A stretch of DNA of 20,089 nt from a bacterium (GTDB lineage: Bacteria; CALINM01), in assembly GCA_041640455.1 (NCBI GenBank), contig JBEQAF010000036.1, positions 1 to 20,089 on the forward strand, given 5' to 3'. Within the stretch, counting starts at the first letter, position 1, and each line of letters begins with the position of its first letter. Below the pieces are notes generated by a model that worked only from the letters and a program-made list of their open reading frames with translations, did not search any database and was not told where the DNA came from. Positions 1 to 9,345 of the stretch are shown here, piece by piece. The translations under genes and the position numbers were made by a program.

Positions 1-2
1 AA

Positions 3-1463
3 GGGCTTGCCATTCTTGATGAAGATCTGAATATTTTATCTGCTAACAGAAAATACGCAGAGATTCTGGAGATGTCGAGGGAAGAGATTATTAACAAAAA
101 ATGTTTTGAAGTATTTTGTTACGCTTCTCATCAGCACATATGTAATGATAAGACCTGCGATGTGAAACCCATTTTTGAAGATGGAATAGAGCGCTCCAAA
201 TATATTAAAAGGCTAAATAAAAAAGGAGAGGCACAGAATCTTAATATAAAATTTTATCCCCTTAAAATAAAAGACCGGGTTAAATACATTATAAAAGTTG
301 TAAATGATATTACAGACTACAAAAAACTTGAAGATCAGTATCTTCATGCTCAGAAGATGGAAGCCATAGGAAGGCTTACAGCAGGGATATCTCATGATTT
401 TAACAACATACTTACTGGCATAATAGGCTTTGCCTCCCTTGCAGAGATGATTACCACCGATGAGGAGCAAAAGAAAAATTTAAGAAATATCATTGAGCTA
501 TCTGAAAAGGGAGGTAATCTTACAAAAAGCCTTTTAGCCTTTAGCAGAAAAACCGAATATAGTCCTAAAATAGTTAATGCAAATGAGTTATTAATGGGTT
601 ATGAAAAGATTTTGAAAAGATTGCTCGGAGAGCAGATTGAACTTAAATATGAGCTGACTCCTAAACCTTTGACTGTATATGTAGATCCTGTTCAGTTTGA
701 ACAGATAATTATGAACCTTGCCACCAATGCGATGGATGCCATGCAAACTGGCGGGTCGCTACTTATAAAAACAGAAAAGGTGTCACTTGATGACAGGTTT
801 ATTAGCATGCATGGTTTCGGACGAAAGGGAGATTTTGCTTTGATAACCTTTACTGACACTGGTGTGGGCATACCAAAAGAATATATAGATAAAATATTTG
901 AGCCATTTTTTACCACCAAGGAGGTTGGAAAAGGTACAGGACTGGGGCTATCTGTAGTTTATGGCATAGTTAAAAACCATGACGGTTTTATTAATGTCTA
1001 TAGCGAGGAAGGAAAAGGCGCCAGCTTTAAAATATATTTTCCCATTGTTAAGGGAAGAATAGATGTCTCAGAATCTGCAGATGATGAGAAATATAAGCCC
1101 CTACATATCAGAGCCATGATACTGGATGATGAAGAGGTAGTTAGAGAGCCTTTGAGAATAGCACTTCAGAATCTGGGGCTCAATGTAGTATCCTGCTATG
1201 ATGGATTTGAGGCTCTTGAGCTGATAAAAAAAGAAAAATTTGATCTGATTATTACAGATATTGTAATGTCAAACATGAGCGGAAAAGAGTTTTATGAAAA
1301 AGCACGGCAGATTGACCAGAATATTAGATTTATTTTCATCAGTGGTTATCCTGCAGATTTTATATCAGAAAAATACGAGATAGATCTTAACAGTGTTGTT
1401 ATGAAGCCTGTATCTCCAAACTATCTCTACAGAAAAATCAGAGAAATTCTTGGTAAGGCTTAG
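3..1463 (+). CDS. PAS-domain hybrid sensor histidine kinase/response regulator (CckA-like), 5' end outside window
   Basis: Frame is open from base 3 (GLAILDEDLNILSANRKYAEILEM, a PAS start), so the gene begins upstream. H-box AGISHDFNNILT, N-box QIIMNLATNAMDAM, G1 DTGVGI, F-box FEPFFTTK, G2 GTGLGL. C-terminal REC (ILDDEE..TDIVM..SGY..KP). Confidence 0.93.
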   Translation, partial: GLAILDEDLNILSANRKYAEILEMSREEIINKKCFEVFCYASHQHICNDKTCDVKPIFEDGIERSKYIKRLNKKGEAQNLNIKFYPLKIKDRVKYIIKVVNDITDYKKLEDQYLHAQKMEAIGRLTAGISHDFNNILTGIIGFASLAEMITTDEEQKKNLRNIIELSEKGGNLTKSLLAFSRKTEYSPKIVNANELLMGYEKILKRLLGEQIELKYELTPKPLTVYVDPVQFEQIIMNLATNAMDAMQTGGSLLIKTEKVSLDDRFISMHGFGRKGDFALITFTDTGVGIPKEYIDKIFEPFFTTKEVGKGTGLGLSVVYGIVKNHDGFINVYSEEGKGASFKIYFPIVKGRIDVSESADDEKYKPLHIRAMILDDEEVVREPLRIALQNLGLNVVSCYDGFEALELIKKEKFDLIITDIVMSNMSGKEFYEKARQIDQNIRFIFISGYPADFISEKYEIDLNSVVMKPVSPNYLYRKIREILGKA

Positions 1464-2707
1464 ACTTTAATTATTTTGGGCAGTCTTTGAAAACCTGAAA
1501 AGATGCATAAAGCAGTCAAAAACAAAAACGAAATTATTCCGTTGAAAAAAAGAATCTTCCGAATGCTAATAAACTCTCCCAGAAAACCTATTACCATAGT
1601 TCCAAGAGGATAGACACCTAAATAGACGGTAGTGAAAAATCCAACCACCCTTCCGCGCATCTCCTCTTTTGACCACATCTGAAGAAAAGAGTTAGCAGAG
1701 GCATAAAAAAATACCATTAGCATGCCCATAAAAAAGGCTGAAAGTAAAAAGATCCAGAAGTTTGTTGATATGGCAAGCAGACTAAGGCATAAAGAGAATA
1801 AAAAGCCGCTTATAATAAATCTTCTGAATACTCTAACAATTTCTCTTGAGATAAATGAAATAATAAAAGCCCCCATTATGGAGCCCACACCTACTGTGCC
1901 CACTGCGTAGCTTAAGGTCTTTGGGTTATCCTCAAGATAGTTTTTCACCAGATAAGGCATAATTCCTATGAAGGGGAGAACGAAAAAACTGAATATAAAT
2001 ATAACTATTATGGATTTAAAAACTGGCTGCTCTCTAAAAATGTAGATTAGTCCTGACTTAAGATTATCAAAAAATCCTTCACCGGAAAGTTCTTTGCCAG
2101 TTTTTTTCTCTTTAATTTTAAAAAGAATAAAAAGAAAAGGGAAAAAACTCATTGCATTAATAAAAAAACAGCCCTCTATTCCCACGTAGGTTACAAGTAG
2201 ACCAAATAAAACCGGACCTATCATACGGGATAGGTTAAACTGCAAAGAGTGGATAGAGATAGCTCTTGGAAGATTTTTGACCTCCACCAGCTCAGTCATT
2301 AGAGTATAGTAAGTAGGGTAGCTTATAGCAGTTGTTATACCGATTATGAATGTAAGAGCTGCCAGTTTAGGATAGCTGATAAATTTAAACTGCACACCAA
2401 GACCGATAACCACAGTTGAAATCATGGCAACAAGCTGGCAGAGAATCAGTGCATTTCTCTTATTCATATTATCAGCCAGATATCCGCCTACAAAGGAAAA
2501 TATCAGGTTTGGTATAGCGCCAAGAAAGGTTATAAAACTAAAACTTGAGGGAGTATTGATAAGGGAAAGGGATAGCCAGCTCAATGCAAGATTATGTAGC
2601 CAGTTCCCCACATTGGAGAGAAAAACAGCAGAAAAAAATAGAAGGAATCGCTTCTCTCTTAATAGGAGAAAAGCCGGACCCCTGTCGTCAAGATTTTCAT
2701 AGGGCAT
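1460..2707 (-). CDS. MFS transporter (MFS_3/DUF894-like, ~12 TM)
   Basis: Hydrophobic multi-TM pattern; motifs SNVGNW, GGYLADNMNKR, FNLSRMIGP, EEMRGRV. Start placed at MPYEN (2707), just after the mogA stop. Confidence 0.88.
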   Translation of the reverse strand: MPYENLDDRGPAFLLLREKRFLLFFSAVFLSNVGNWLHNLALSWLSLSLINTPSSFSFITFLGAIPNLIFSFVGGYLADNMNKRNALILCQLVAMISTVVIGLGVQFKFISYPKLAALTFIIGITTAISYPTYYTLMTELVEVKNLPRAISIHSLQFNLSRMIGPVLFGLLVTYVGIEGCFFINAMSFFPFLFILFKIKEKKTGKELSGEGFFDNLKSGLIYIFREQPVFKSIIVIFIFSFFVLPFIGIMPYLVKNYLEDNPKTLSYAVGTVGVGSIMGAFIISFISREIVRVFRRFIISGFLFSLCLSLLAISTNFWIFLLSAFFMGMLMVFFYASANSFLQMWSKEEMRGRVVGFFTTVYLGVYPLGTMVIGFLGEFISIRKILFFNGIISFLFLTALCIFSGFQRLPKIIKV

Positions 2708-2711
2708 ATTT

Positions 2712-3197
2712 TTAACTACCGCAAGGGGTTGGGTCACCTTTTAGCTTTTCAAGCCCGTGAGGTAAAACAGGAAGAATAAAACTCAGGCTTTCCTTTACAG
2801 CCTTTAAACTGCCCGGTAGATTTATGATAAGAGTTTTTTTTCTTATGCCGCTTATTCCCCTCGATAAAATTGCGTTAGGGCTTTTCTCAGCCCCCTTTAA
2901 TCTTAAATATTCTGAGATGCCTGGCACATCTCTTTCAATGATTCTTTTTGTTGCCTCAGGTGTGACATCTCTCTCTGTAAAACCTGTACCCCCGGTTGTA
3001 ATAATAAGATCAGCTAAATTGTTGTCACAAATATGGGCAAGTTTCTCTGATATAAGCTCCATCTCATCAGGCAGGATCTCATAATAAACCACCTCTCCGA
3101 GCGAGCTTACGGATTTTTTAATCTCTTCCCCGCTTAGATCTTCCCTGCCACCTTTTGATCCAGTGTCACTTAAAGTCAGTACTGCAATCTTAAACAC
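2712..3197 (-). CDS. mogA: Molybdopterin adenylyltransferase, MogA/MoaB family
   Basis: Motifs LTLSD..REDLSG, TTGGTGFTERDVTPEAT, INLPGS; GTG start with AGGGAGG SD, overlapping the UDG stop. Confidence 0.88.
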   Translation of the reverse strand: MFKIAVLTLSDTGSKGGREDLSGEEIKKSVSSLGEVVYYEILPDEMELISEKLAHICDNNLADLIITTGGTGFTERDVTPEATKRIIERDVPGISEYLRLKGAEKSPNAILSRGISGIRKKTLIINLPGSLKAVKESLSFILPVLPHGLEKLKGDPTPCGS

Positions 3198-3855
3198 TAT
3201 CTACCTCCCTTAATCTTAATATCATTTCCCGTATCTTTTTTAGATCCTCCCATGCCTCTTTTTTAGCGTAGGGGTTTCTCAAAAGATATGATGGATGATA
3301 GGTTGCAATAATTTTCATATTGTCAATATTATAAAATCTTCCTCTTAGTTTTGTTATGGGCTCTTTTGTTTTAAGAAGTGCATGAGCAGATATGGAGCCA
3401 AGACAGACAATAAGTTTTGGGCTAATTATTTCAATCTGTTTCAATAAAAAGGGGAGACACACATTTATAGAATCCATGTGGTTTATAATCTTATTTTCTG
3501 GAGGTCTGGATTTTAATACATTAGCAATGTATACATTTGTCTTTCTAGAAAGCCCTATGGTCTCAAGCATTTTATCTAAGAGCCTCCCCGCCCTGCCCAC
3601 AAAGGGTTCGCCCTTTAAATCCTCCTCCTCTCCAGGAGCCTCTCCAACCAGCATAATGTCTGAACATGGGTTGCCTACCCCAAAAACCAGATTGGTTCTT
3701 GTTTTATATAGCTCGCATCTTTTGCAGTCCCCTATCTCCTCCTTTAACCTTATAAGAAGTGTTTCTTTATCAGTGCATTGAAAATCTGTATTTTCAGTCT
3801 CAGGTTTTTTTAACAGTCTGTAGGAAAGTCCGATAGATCTAAGATAGCTTCCCAT
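3190..3855 (-). CDS. Uracil-DNA glycosylase family 4
   Basis: CKRC, VFGVG, GEAPG..E..G.PFVGRAG, N..K(S)RPP, TYHPSYLLR. Start uncertain: the frame is open to 3948, but that extension overlaps the divergent gene and is low-complexity antisense of its signal peptide. Confidence 0.9.
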   Translation of the reverse strand: MGSYLRSIGLSYRLLKKPETENTDFQCTDKETLLIRLKEEIGDCKRCELYKTRTNLVFGVGNPCSDIMLVGEAPGEEEDLKGEPFVGRAGRLLDKMLETIGLSRKTNVYIANVLKSRPPENKIINHMDSINVCLPFLLKQIEIISPKLIVCLGSISAHALLKTKEPITKLRGRFYNIDNMKIIATYHPSYLLRNPYAKKEAWEDLKKIREMILRLREVDSV

Positions 3856-3896
3856 GAAATTTTCATAATCTTTCCTGTTAATATTATCGAAAAAGC

Positions 3897-3905
3897 TGGT
3901 AGAAT
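3897..3905 (+). promoter_or_regulatory. Extended -10 (TGgTAGAAT) 8 nt before the PLC-like ATG
   Basis: TG at 3897-3898, TAGAAT at 3900-3905, ATG at 3914, no SD. Confidence 0.4.
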
Positions 3906-3913
3906 TTTTATTA

Positions 3914-4819
3914 ATGTTATTATTGTTTTTGCTCATATTTTTAGTCATTCCTGCTGATCTTTTTGCCTTTGGTCCCGCATTTCATCTTCAGATAGGCAGA
4001 GAGCTACTTAATTATTTAACCCTATTTTCTCCTTTAACTCAACAAATTATTAATTCTGCTCCCTATGATTTTTTATATGGCAACATAAGCCCCGATATTA
4101 TTATAGGAAAGAGATTTTTGCCCTATCATAAACACTGCCACAACTTTGAAATTGCCAAAAACCTTCTTGAGAAATCAAAAAATAATCAGGAAAAAGCCTT
4201 TTCCTACGGTTATATCTGTCATCTTGCTGCAGATGTGGTTGCCCATAATTTTTTTATCCCCTACATGATCATATCTACTTTCAAAAGCCGAACACTCACA
4301 CACCTTTACTGGGAGACAAGGCTGGATAACAAGGTAGATAAATCTGTCTGGAAGGTTGTTGATGAGCTTCGTAAAAAGGATTTTTCAAATGACGAGGCGC
4401 TGCTTAAAAGTGTTTTAAGCTTTAATCTTTTTCCCTTTCAGGTTCATAACAGGATTTATAAAGGATATATTCTATTTTCAAGACTTGAGCAATGGCACAG
4501 AACCATAGAGTTACTAAGAAATTTTTCCCGTTATAAGATACTGAAATTTGTTGTAAACGAGACATTTAAAATGTCTGTGGATTTTTGCATAAGGGTATTG
4601 AAAAGGGAGGATGATGATTTTATTTATAATAACGATCCAATGGGCAGAAAAACTATTGCCATGGCAACACTTATAAAGCGAAACCTAAAAAGAGTTCATA
4701 TGTTTAAGCCCATAGATTTTGAAACAGAAAAAAATCTCAGTAACCATTTCAGAAAAAGATTAAAAGAAGCTCTAAAAGACCCATCAAGGCTTTCAGAGAT
4801 TATCTCAAAGGAATCATAA
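3914..4819 (+). CDS. Zinc-dependent phospholipase C / S1-P1-like family protein, secreted
   Basis: Signal-peptide-like N-terminus followed by FGPAFH, then FLYGNISPD, HCH, GYICHLAADVVAH and HLYWE (Zn_dep_PLC metal-ligand pattern). Confidence 0.8.
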   Translation: MLLLFLLIFLVIPADLFAFGPAFHLQIGRELLNYLTLFSPLTQQIINSAPYDFLYGNISPDIIIGKRFLPYHKHCHNFEIAKNLLEKSKNNQEKAFSYGYICHLAADVVAHNFFIPYMIISTFKSRTLTHLYWETRLDNKVDKSVWKVVDELRKKDFSNDEALLKSVLSFNLFPFQVHNRIYKGYILFSRLEQWHRTIELLRNFSRYKILKFVVNETFKMSVDFCIRVLKREDDDFIYNNDPMGRKTIAMATLIKRNLKRVHMFKPIDFETEKNLSNHFRKRLKEALKDPSRLSEIISKES

Positions 4820-4827
4820 AATTTTTA

Positions 4828-4881
4828 TTGAAAATAAAATTTTTTTATGCATAATAAAATGTGTTTTTAAATTTCAGGAGG
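4828..4881 (+). promoter_or_regulatory. Putative sigma70 promoter and RBS of sucCD
   Basis: TTGAAA (4828-4833), 16 nt, CATAAT (4850-4855); AGGAGG at 4876-4881 before ATG 4886. Confidence 0.45.
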
Positions 4882-4885
4882 CTTT

Positions 4886-6046
4886 ATGAATATACATGAG
4901 TATCAGGCAAAAGAGATATTAAAAAAATATGGTGTTCCTGTCCCGGCAGGGTTTCTGGCTGTTACTCCCGAAGAGGCTTATGAGGCAGCAAAAAAGCTTG
5001 GTTCTGCTGTCTGTGTGGTAAAGGCTCAGGTGCATGCTGGAGGAAGGGGAAAGGCGGGCGGAATCAAGGTTTGCAAATCTGCTGAAGAGGTTAAGGAAGC
5101 GGCAAAAAGTATGCTGGGCATGAGACTCGTAACCCATCAGACTGGCAAGGAAGGCAAAATTGTAAATAAGGTATATATTGAGGCAGGCTGCAACATTGAG
5201 AAAGAGCTTTATCTCGGTATGGTGGTTGACAGAGGAAGAGGAAGAGTCTGCATTATGGCTTCCACAGAAGGGGGGATGGAGATAGAAGAGGTTGCAGAAA
5301 AAACACCAGAAAAAATTATCAAAGAATATGTGGATCCATTAACAGGCATTATGCCCTATCAGGCAAGAAAGATAGCCTACGGATTGGGATTAACCGATAA
5401 GGTTGCCCAGGCAATGACTAAATTTATCATATCTCTTGAAAAGTGTTTTGAAGACTGTGACTGCTCACTTGCTGAGATAAATCCTCTGGTTATTACAAAG
5501 GAAGGTAATGTGCTTGCGCTGGACTGTAAGATGAATTTTGATGACAATGCCCTATACAGACATAAAGATATTGAAGCTTTAAGAGATTTTTCCGAGGAAG
5601 ATGTCAGAGAAGTGGAAGCCAGTAAGTACGATCTGTCTTACATAGGGCTTACAGGTAATATCGGCTGCATGGTAAATGGAGCAGGTCTTGCCATGGCAAC
5701 TATGGATATAATAAAACTTCATGGTGGTGAACCGGCAAACTTTCTGGATGTTGGAGGAGGTGCCTCCACGGAAAAGGTTACAGAAGCCTTTAAGCTTATA
5801 TTGTCTGATAAAAATGTGAAGGCAGTACTTGTAAATATTTTTGGTGGCATAATGAAATGCGATGTTATCGCACAGGGGGTTATCGAAGCCGCCAAAGCTG
5901 TATCGCTTAAAGTGCCTGTAGTAGTCAGACTTGAAGGCACAAATGTGGAGCTGGGAAAGAAGATGCTTGCTGAGTCTGGACTTGATCTTATTTCAGCCAC
6001 AGACATGACCGATGCGGCAAAAAAAGTTGTAGAAGCAGCAAAATAA
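4886..6046 (+). CDS. sucC: Succinyl-CoA ligase beta subunit
   Basis: [52 protein letters not shown]. Confidence 0.98.
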   Translation: MNIHEYQAKEILKKYGVPVPAGFLAVTPEEAYEAAKKLGSAVCVVKAQVHAGGRGKAGGIKVCKSAEEVKEAAKSMLGMRLVTHQTGKEGKIVNKVYIEAGCNIEKELYLGMVVDRGRGRVCIMASTEGGMEIEEVAEKTPEKIIKEYVDPLTGIMPYQARKIAYGLGLTDKVAQAMTKFIISLEKCFEDCDCSLAEINPLVITKEGNVLALDCKMNFDDNALYRHKDIEALRDFSEEDVREVEASKYDLSYIGLTGNIGCMVNGAGLAMATMDIIKLHGGEPANFLDVGGGASTEKVTEAFKLILSDKNVKAVLVNIFGGIMKCDVIAQGVIEAAKAVSLKVPVVVRLEGTNVELGKKMLAESGLDLISATDMTDAAKKVVEAAK

Positions 6047-6059
6047 GGAGGAAAATCAG

Positions 6060-6938
6060 ATGTCAGTGCTTATAAATAAAAACACAAGAGTTATTACACA
6101 GGGGATTACAGGTAGTGCAGGACTTTTTCATTCAAAGGGCTGTAGAGACTATGGTACACAGGTGGTAGGGGGCGTAACTCCTGGAAAAGGTGGAACCATT
6201 GTAGAAGGTTTTCCTGTATTTGATACCGTTTATAGCGCCAAGAAAGAGACTGGTGCCAATGCTTCCATGATATTTGTTCCTGCTCCGTTTGCAGCCGATG
6301 CCATCCTTGAAGCCATAGATGCTGGTATTGAAGTGATAGTCTGCATAACTGAAGGCATTCCGGTAATGGATATGATAAAGGTAAAAAAGGCTCTTGAACA
6401 TAGCAGTAGTAGACTGATAGGTCCAAACTGCCCTGGTATAATAACACCTGAGGAGTGTAAAATCGGCATTATGCCTGGATATATTCATAAAAAGGGTAAT
6501 GTTGGTCTTGTATCAAGGTCTGGTACATTAACCTACGAGGCGGTTTATCAGCTCACTCAGCTTGGTATCGGTCAGTCAACCTGTATAGGTATTGGTGGAG
6601 ATCCCATAAACGGAACCAGTTTTATTGACTGCATAAAACTTTTTAACGAAGACCCTGAAACCCATGCCATTATTATGATTGGAGAGATAGGAGGAACTGC
6701 TGAGGAAGATGCAGCTAAATATATAATGGAGCATGTTAAAAAACCTGTAGTGGGCTATATCGCTGGTATAACTGCACCTAAGGGTAAAAGAATGGGACAT
6801 GCAGGAGCTATTATTAGCGGTGGTAAAGGTACAGCTGATGAAAAGATAAGAGCCATGGAACAGGCAGGAATCAGTGTCTCAAAAAGCCCAGCCGAGATTG
6901 GCATTACATTAAAGAGACTTCTGGAGAGCAGGGGATAA
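6060..6938 (+). CDS. sucD: Succinyl-CoA ligase alpha subunit
   Basis: [37 protein letters not shown] (phospho-His); AGGAGG SD. Confidence 0.98.
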   Translation: MSVLINKNTRVITQGITGSAGLFHSKGCRDYGTQVVGGVTPGKGGTIVEGFPVFDTVYSAKKETGANASMIFVPAPFAADAILEAIDAGIEVIVCITEGIPVMDMIKVKKALEHSSSRLIGPNCPGIITPEECKIGIMPGYIHKKGNVGLVSRSGTLTYEAVYQLTQLGIGQSTCIGIGGDPINGTSFIDCIKLFNEDPETHAIIMIGEIGGTAEEDAAKYIMEHVKKPVVGYIAGITAPKGKRMGHAGAIISGGKGTADEKIRAMEQAGISVSKSPAEIGITLKRLLESRG

Positions 6939-6940
6939 CC

Positions 6941-7696
6941 CTACTCTCCTTTAAAATAACCTGCAAGATTTTCAGCAAGCTTCAGATTGTAATCGGTGAG
7001 AAATATATTCTGAAAAAGTGTATCATCGCCTATAAGGATAAAACTTCCTTTTCCTACCTCAGCTTCAAGAATAAGCGCGAAAGGACCTTTTTCTTCTCCG
7101 TTATCAAGCCTGCCGTTTCTGTTAAAATCAAGATATGAACTGCTACTGGATTTTGCGAGAACTTTAATTTTAGTGCTTTGGGTTTTTAATCCCCAGCTAC
7201 CGTAAACAAAAAATCTCTTTAAATCTTTAAAAATTCTGTGCTGAGAAAGATCTGATACGCCAAAATCTACTTTTTTATCCTTCAAAGGTGAGCTATCATC
7301 GGCTATGGGAATTTTTGTTGACTCCGCCTCAAACTGCTTTAAAAGATCTGTCAGCGGGTGTGGAATGTGGAGATTTATAAGAACACGTCCGCCCTCTTCA
7401 GCAAATTTAAAAATGGCGGAAGTCTCTTCTTTGTCAAGCTCTTTAAAAGCTCCTGAAATTACAAGGGCTTTAGCCTCTTTAATCTTGTCATAGGTGATTT
7501 TTTCAGTAATAGTAGATACCTCAAAACCTGCATCCTTGAAAACCCTTGCAAATTTACCTAAGTGAAGATCCCCCTCTTTTGATATGGAAAAGGGCTGACC
7601 ATGCCCCTCATCAAAAATTATCTTACCGACAGGCTGGGCTTTCAACTGAAGGGTAGTTGACAGTAAAAAAAGTGCAATAATAAAAAGCTTTCTCAT
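6941..7696 (-). CDS. Secreted DUF4350/GIFT-like (class I GATase-like fold) protein
   Basis: Signal peptide ending LKA-Q; IIFDEGHGQ, E..AIFKFAEEGGRVLI, GKGSFILIGD..LF.N..N..L..N pattern typical of the family. Confidence 0.65.
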   Translation of the reverse strand: MRKLFIIALFLLSTTLQLKAQPVGKIIFDEGHGQPFSISKEGDLHLGKFARVFKDAGFEVSTITEKITYDKIKEAKALVISGAFKELDKEETSAIFKFAEEGGRVLINLHIPHPLTDLLKQFEAESTKIPIADDSSPLKDKKVDFGVSDLSQHRIFKDLKRFFVYGSWGLKTQSTKIKVLAKSSSSSYLDFNRNGRLDNGEEKGPFALILEAEVGKGSFILIGDDTLFQNIFLTDYNLKLAENLAGYFKGE

Positions 7697-7726
7697 CTAA
7701 TCCCCCAAAATGGTTTTAATATTTTA

Positions 7727-7756
7727 ACTCTATCACAGCTTAAAAGGATTAATCAA
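7727..7756 (-). promoter_or_regulatory. Putative sigma70 promoter of the secreted GIFT-like gene
   Basis: Minus strand TTGATT (7756-7751), 18 nt, TAGAGT (7732-7727) preceded by TG-n; GGGGGA SD-like sequence before ATG 7696. Confidence 0.35.
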
Positions 7757-7796
7757 GACAAAAATAGACTTAATTTAAGTTTAAGCCTTTTAACTC

Positions 7797-8699
7797 CTAC
7801 ACGCCAACCATTTTGAAAGGTACGGGTATAAAAGTGATAATGAAGATTATAAGCGCAACTATGCCCAGAATTTTTTTTGATAGTGGTAGTTCCTCCGATT
7901 CATCCAATACAGGTGGGTGATGTCTTCCAAGCAGAAGAAGAAGTAATCCCCAGAATATCCAGCCCTCCCAGCCAAAATATCCCATTATTATTAGAGACAG
8001 TAAAAGAGGTAAAGATAGCTTTCGGAAGCTCTTTGGAGAGAGCGCATAAAGTATGTGCCCCCCGTCAAGCTGACCGATAGGGATCAGGTTCATTGCAGTT
8101 ACAAAACTTCCTATCCATGCGGCAAAAGCAACAGGATGGAGAATCAGATCCTTATTTTCTGGTATTTTTCCTTTGATTAAATAGGTAAATATTTTTAGGT
8201 AGATGGAGTCGCCAAGAATAATCCCCTCTTTCCCGGTAAGCTCTGTTATCTCGGAGTTCATAATGCCATAGATTAGAAAAGGTATGGATACAAGAAACCC
8301 CGCTATGGGTCCCCATGCGCCTATGTCAATCAATGACTTTTTGTCAGTTATGGCAGATTTCATTTTTATAATGGCTCCAAATGTGCCAATGAATGAAGGC
8401 GCAGGAATAAAGTAGGGTAGGGTGGCTTCCACATGGTGTTTTCTTGACATTAGATAATGTCCCGATTCGTGGCAGAGAAGTATGGTTAATAGCGACAGAG
8501 AAAATGGTAACCCTGCCAAAATGTTCAAACCGTCCTGAGGATTGGGGTCTGAAAAGGTAGCCCCTGCGATGGTGGTGGTAATAAGGGTTATAATAAACAG
8601 AATGATATTTAACCAGGGCTTTTTCTTTTCAGGTTTTTTTACTTGAAATCCTGCTTCTGTTGGTTCAAGGTCAATAATTATGTCAGATCTTCTGTCCAT
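7797..8699 (-). CDS. Site-2 protease, peptidase M50 family
   Basis: HESGH (HExxH), LPYFIP..GTFGA, NLIPIGQLDGGH, multiple TM segments. Confidence 0.93.
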   Translation of the reverse strand: MDRRSDIIIDLEPTEAGFQVKKPEKKKPWLNIILFIITLITTTIAGATFSDPNPQDGLNILAGLPFSLSLLTILLCHESGHYLMSRKHHVEATLPYFIPAPSFIGTFGAIIKMKSAITDKKSLIDIGAWGPIAGFLVSIPFLIYGIMNSEITELTGKEGIILGDSIYLKIFTYLIKGKIPENKDLILHPVAFAAWIGSFVTAMNLIPIGQLDGGHILYALSPKSFRKLSLPLLLSLIIMGYFGWEGWIFWGLLLLLLGRHHPPVLDESEELPLSKKILGIVALIIFIITFIPVPFKMVGV

Positions 8700-9345
8700 A
8701 TGCTGTTTTATAAAAATAACAAAGGTGATTTATTGGGCATTGAGTACATTGAGGCTTTTTTCTGCAATATTCTTTTGCATGCTTCACAATAAGCGCATGA
8801 TATTCGCCAAAAAATTCGGCATTTCTTGTCAGGTTGTTATGAAAGAGAGATTGAAAATCATCATAGGAGCTTTCTTCTTCCAGAAATCCGAGACGACTGA
8901 ATATTCTTTTTGTATAAGCGTCAACCACAAATACTGGCTGGTCAAATACATATAAAAGTATGCTATCAGCTGTTTCCTTTCCAATACCTTCAACTTCTAA
9001 AAGTCGATCTCTTAAGTTTTCTAAACTTTTTATCTTTTTGAGATCAAACTGATATTTTTCTAAAAAGTTTATTAGATTTTTGAGTCTTTTTGATTTTATA
9101 TTGAAGAAACCGGCGGATTTTATAAGCTCTGAGAGCTCAGAATGACTTAAAGAATTAATTTTTTTCGGACAGAGTAAATCTTTTTCTTTAAGTTTTGAGA
9201 TGGCTTTCTCTACATTTTTCCAGGATGTATTCTGAGTAAGGATAGCACCTACTATTATCTCAAATTTTGATTCAGCAGGCCACCAGTTTTGAGGTCCGAA
9301 CCGGTTAAGGAGTATGAAAAAGATCTGATTAAGAAGATTTGTCAT
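8683..9345 (-). CDS. HhH-GPD DNA glycosylase (endonuclease III-related, MJ1434-like) with 4Fe-4S cluster
   Basis: GPQNWWP, GAILTQNTSW.NV, HhH GIGKETAD, VVDAYTKR, C-terminal CRKKPQCTQCPINHLC. Confidence 0.9.
   Translation of the reverse strand: MTNLLNQIFFILLNRFGPQNWWPAESKFEIIVGAILTQNTSWKNVEKAISKLKEKDLLCPKKINSLSHSELSELIKSAGFFNIKSKRLKNLINFLEKYQFDLKKIKSLENLRDRLLEVEGIGKETADSILLYVFDQPVFVVDAYTKRIFSRLGFLEEESSYDDFQSLFHNNLTRNAEFFGEYHALIVKHAKEYCRKKPQCTQCPINHLCYFYKTAYGQKI

Noticed and set aside
4815..4849. AT-rich inverted repeat upstream of sucC
   Set aside because: Nearly pure A/T and imperfect; expected by chance.
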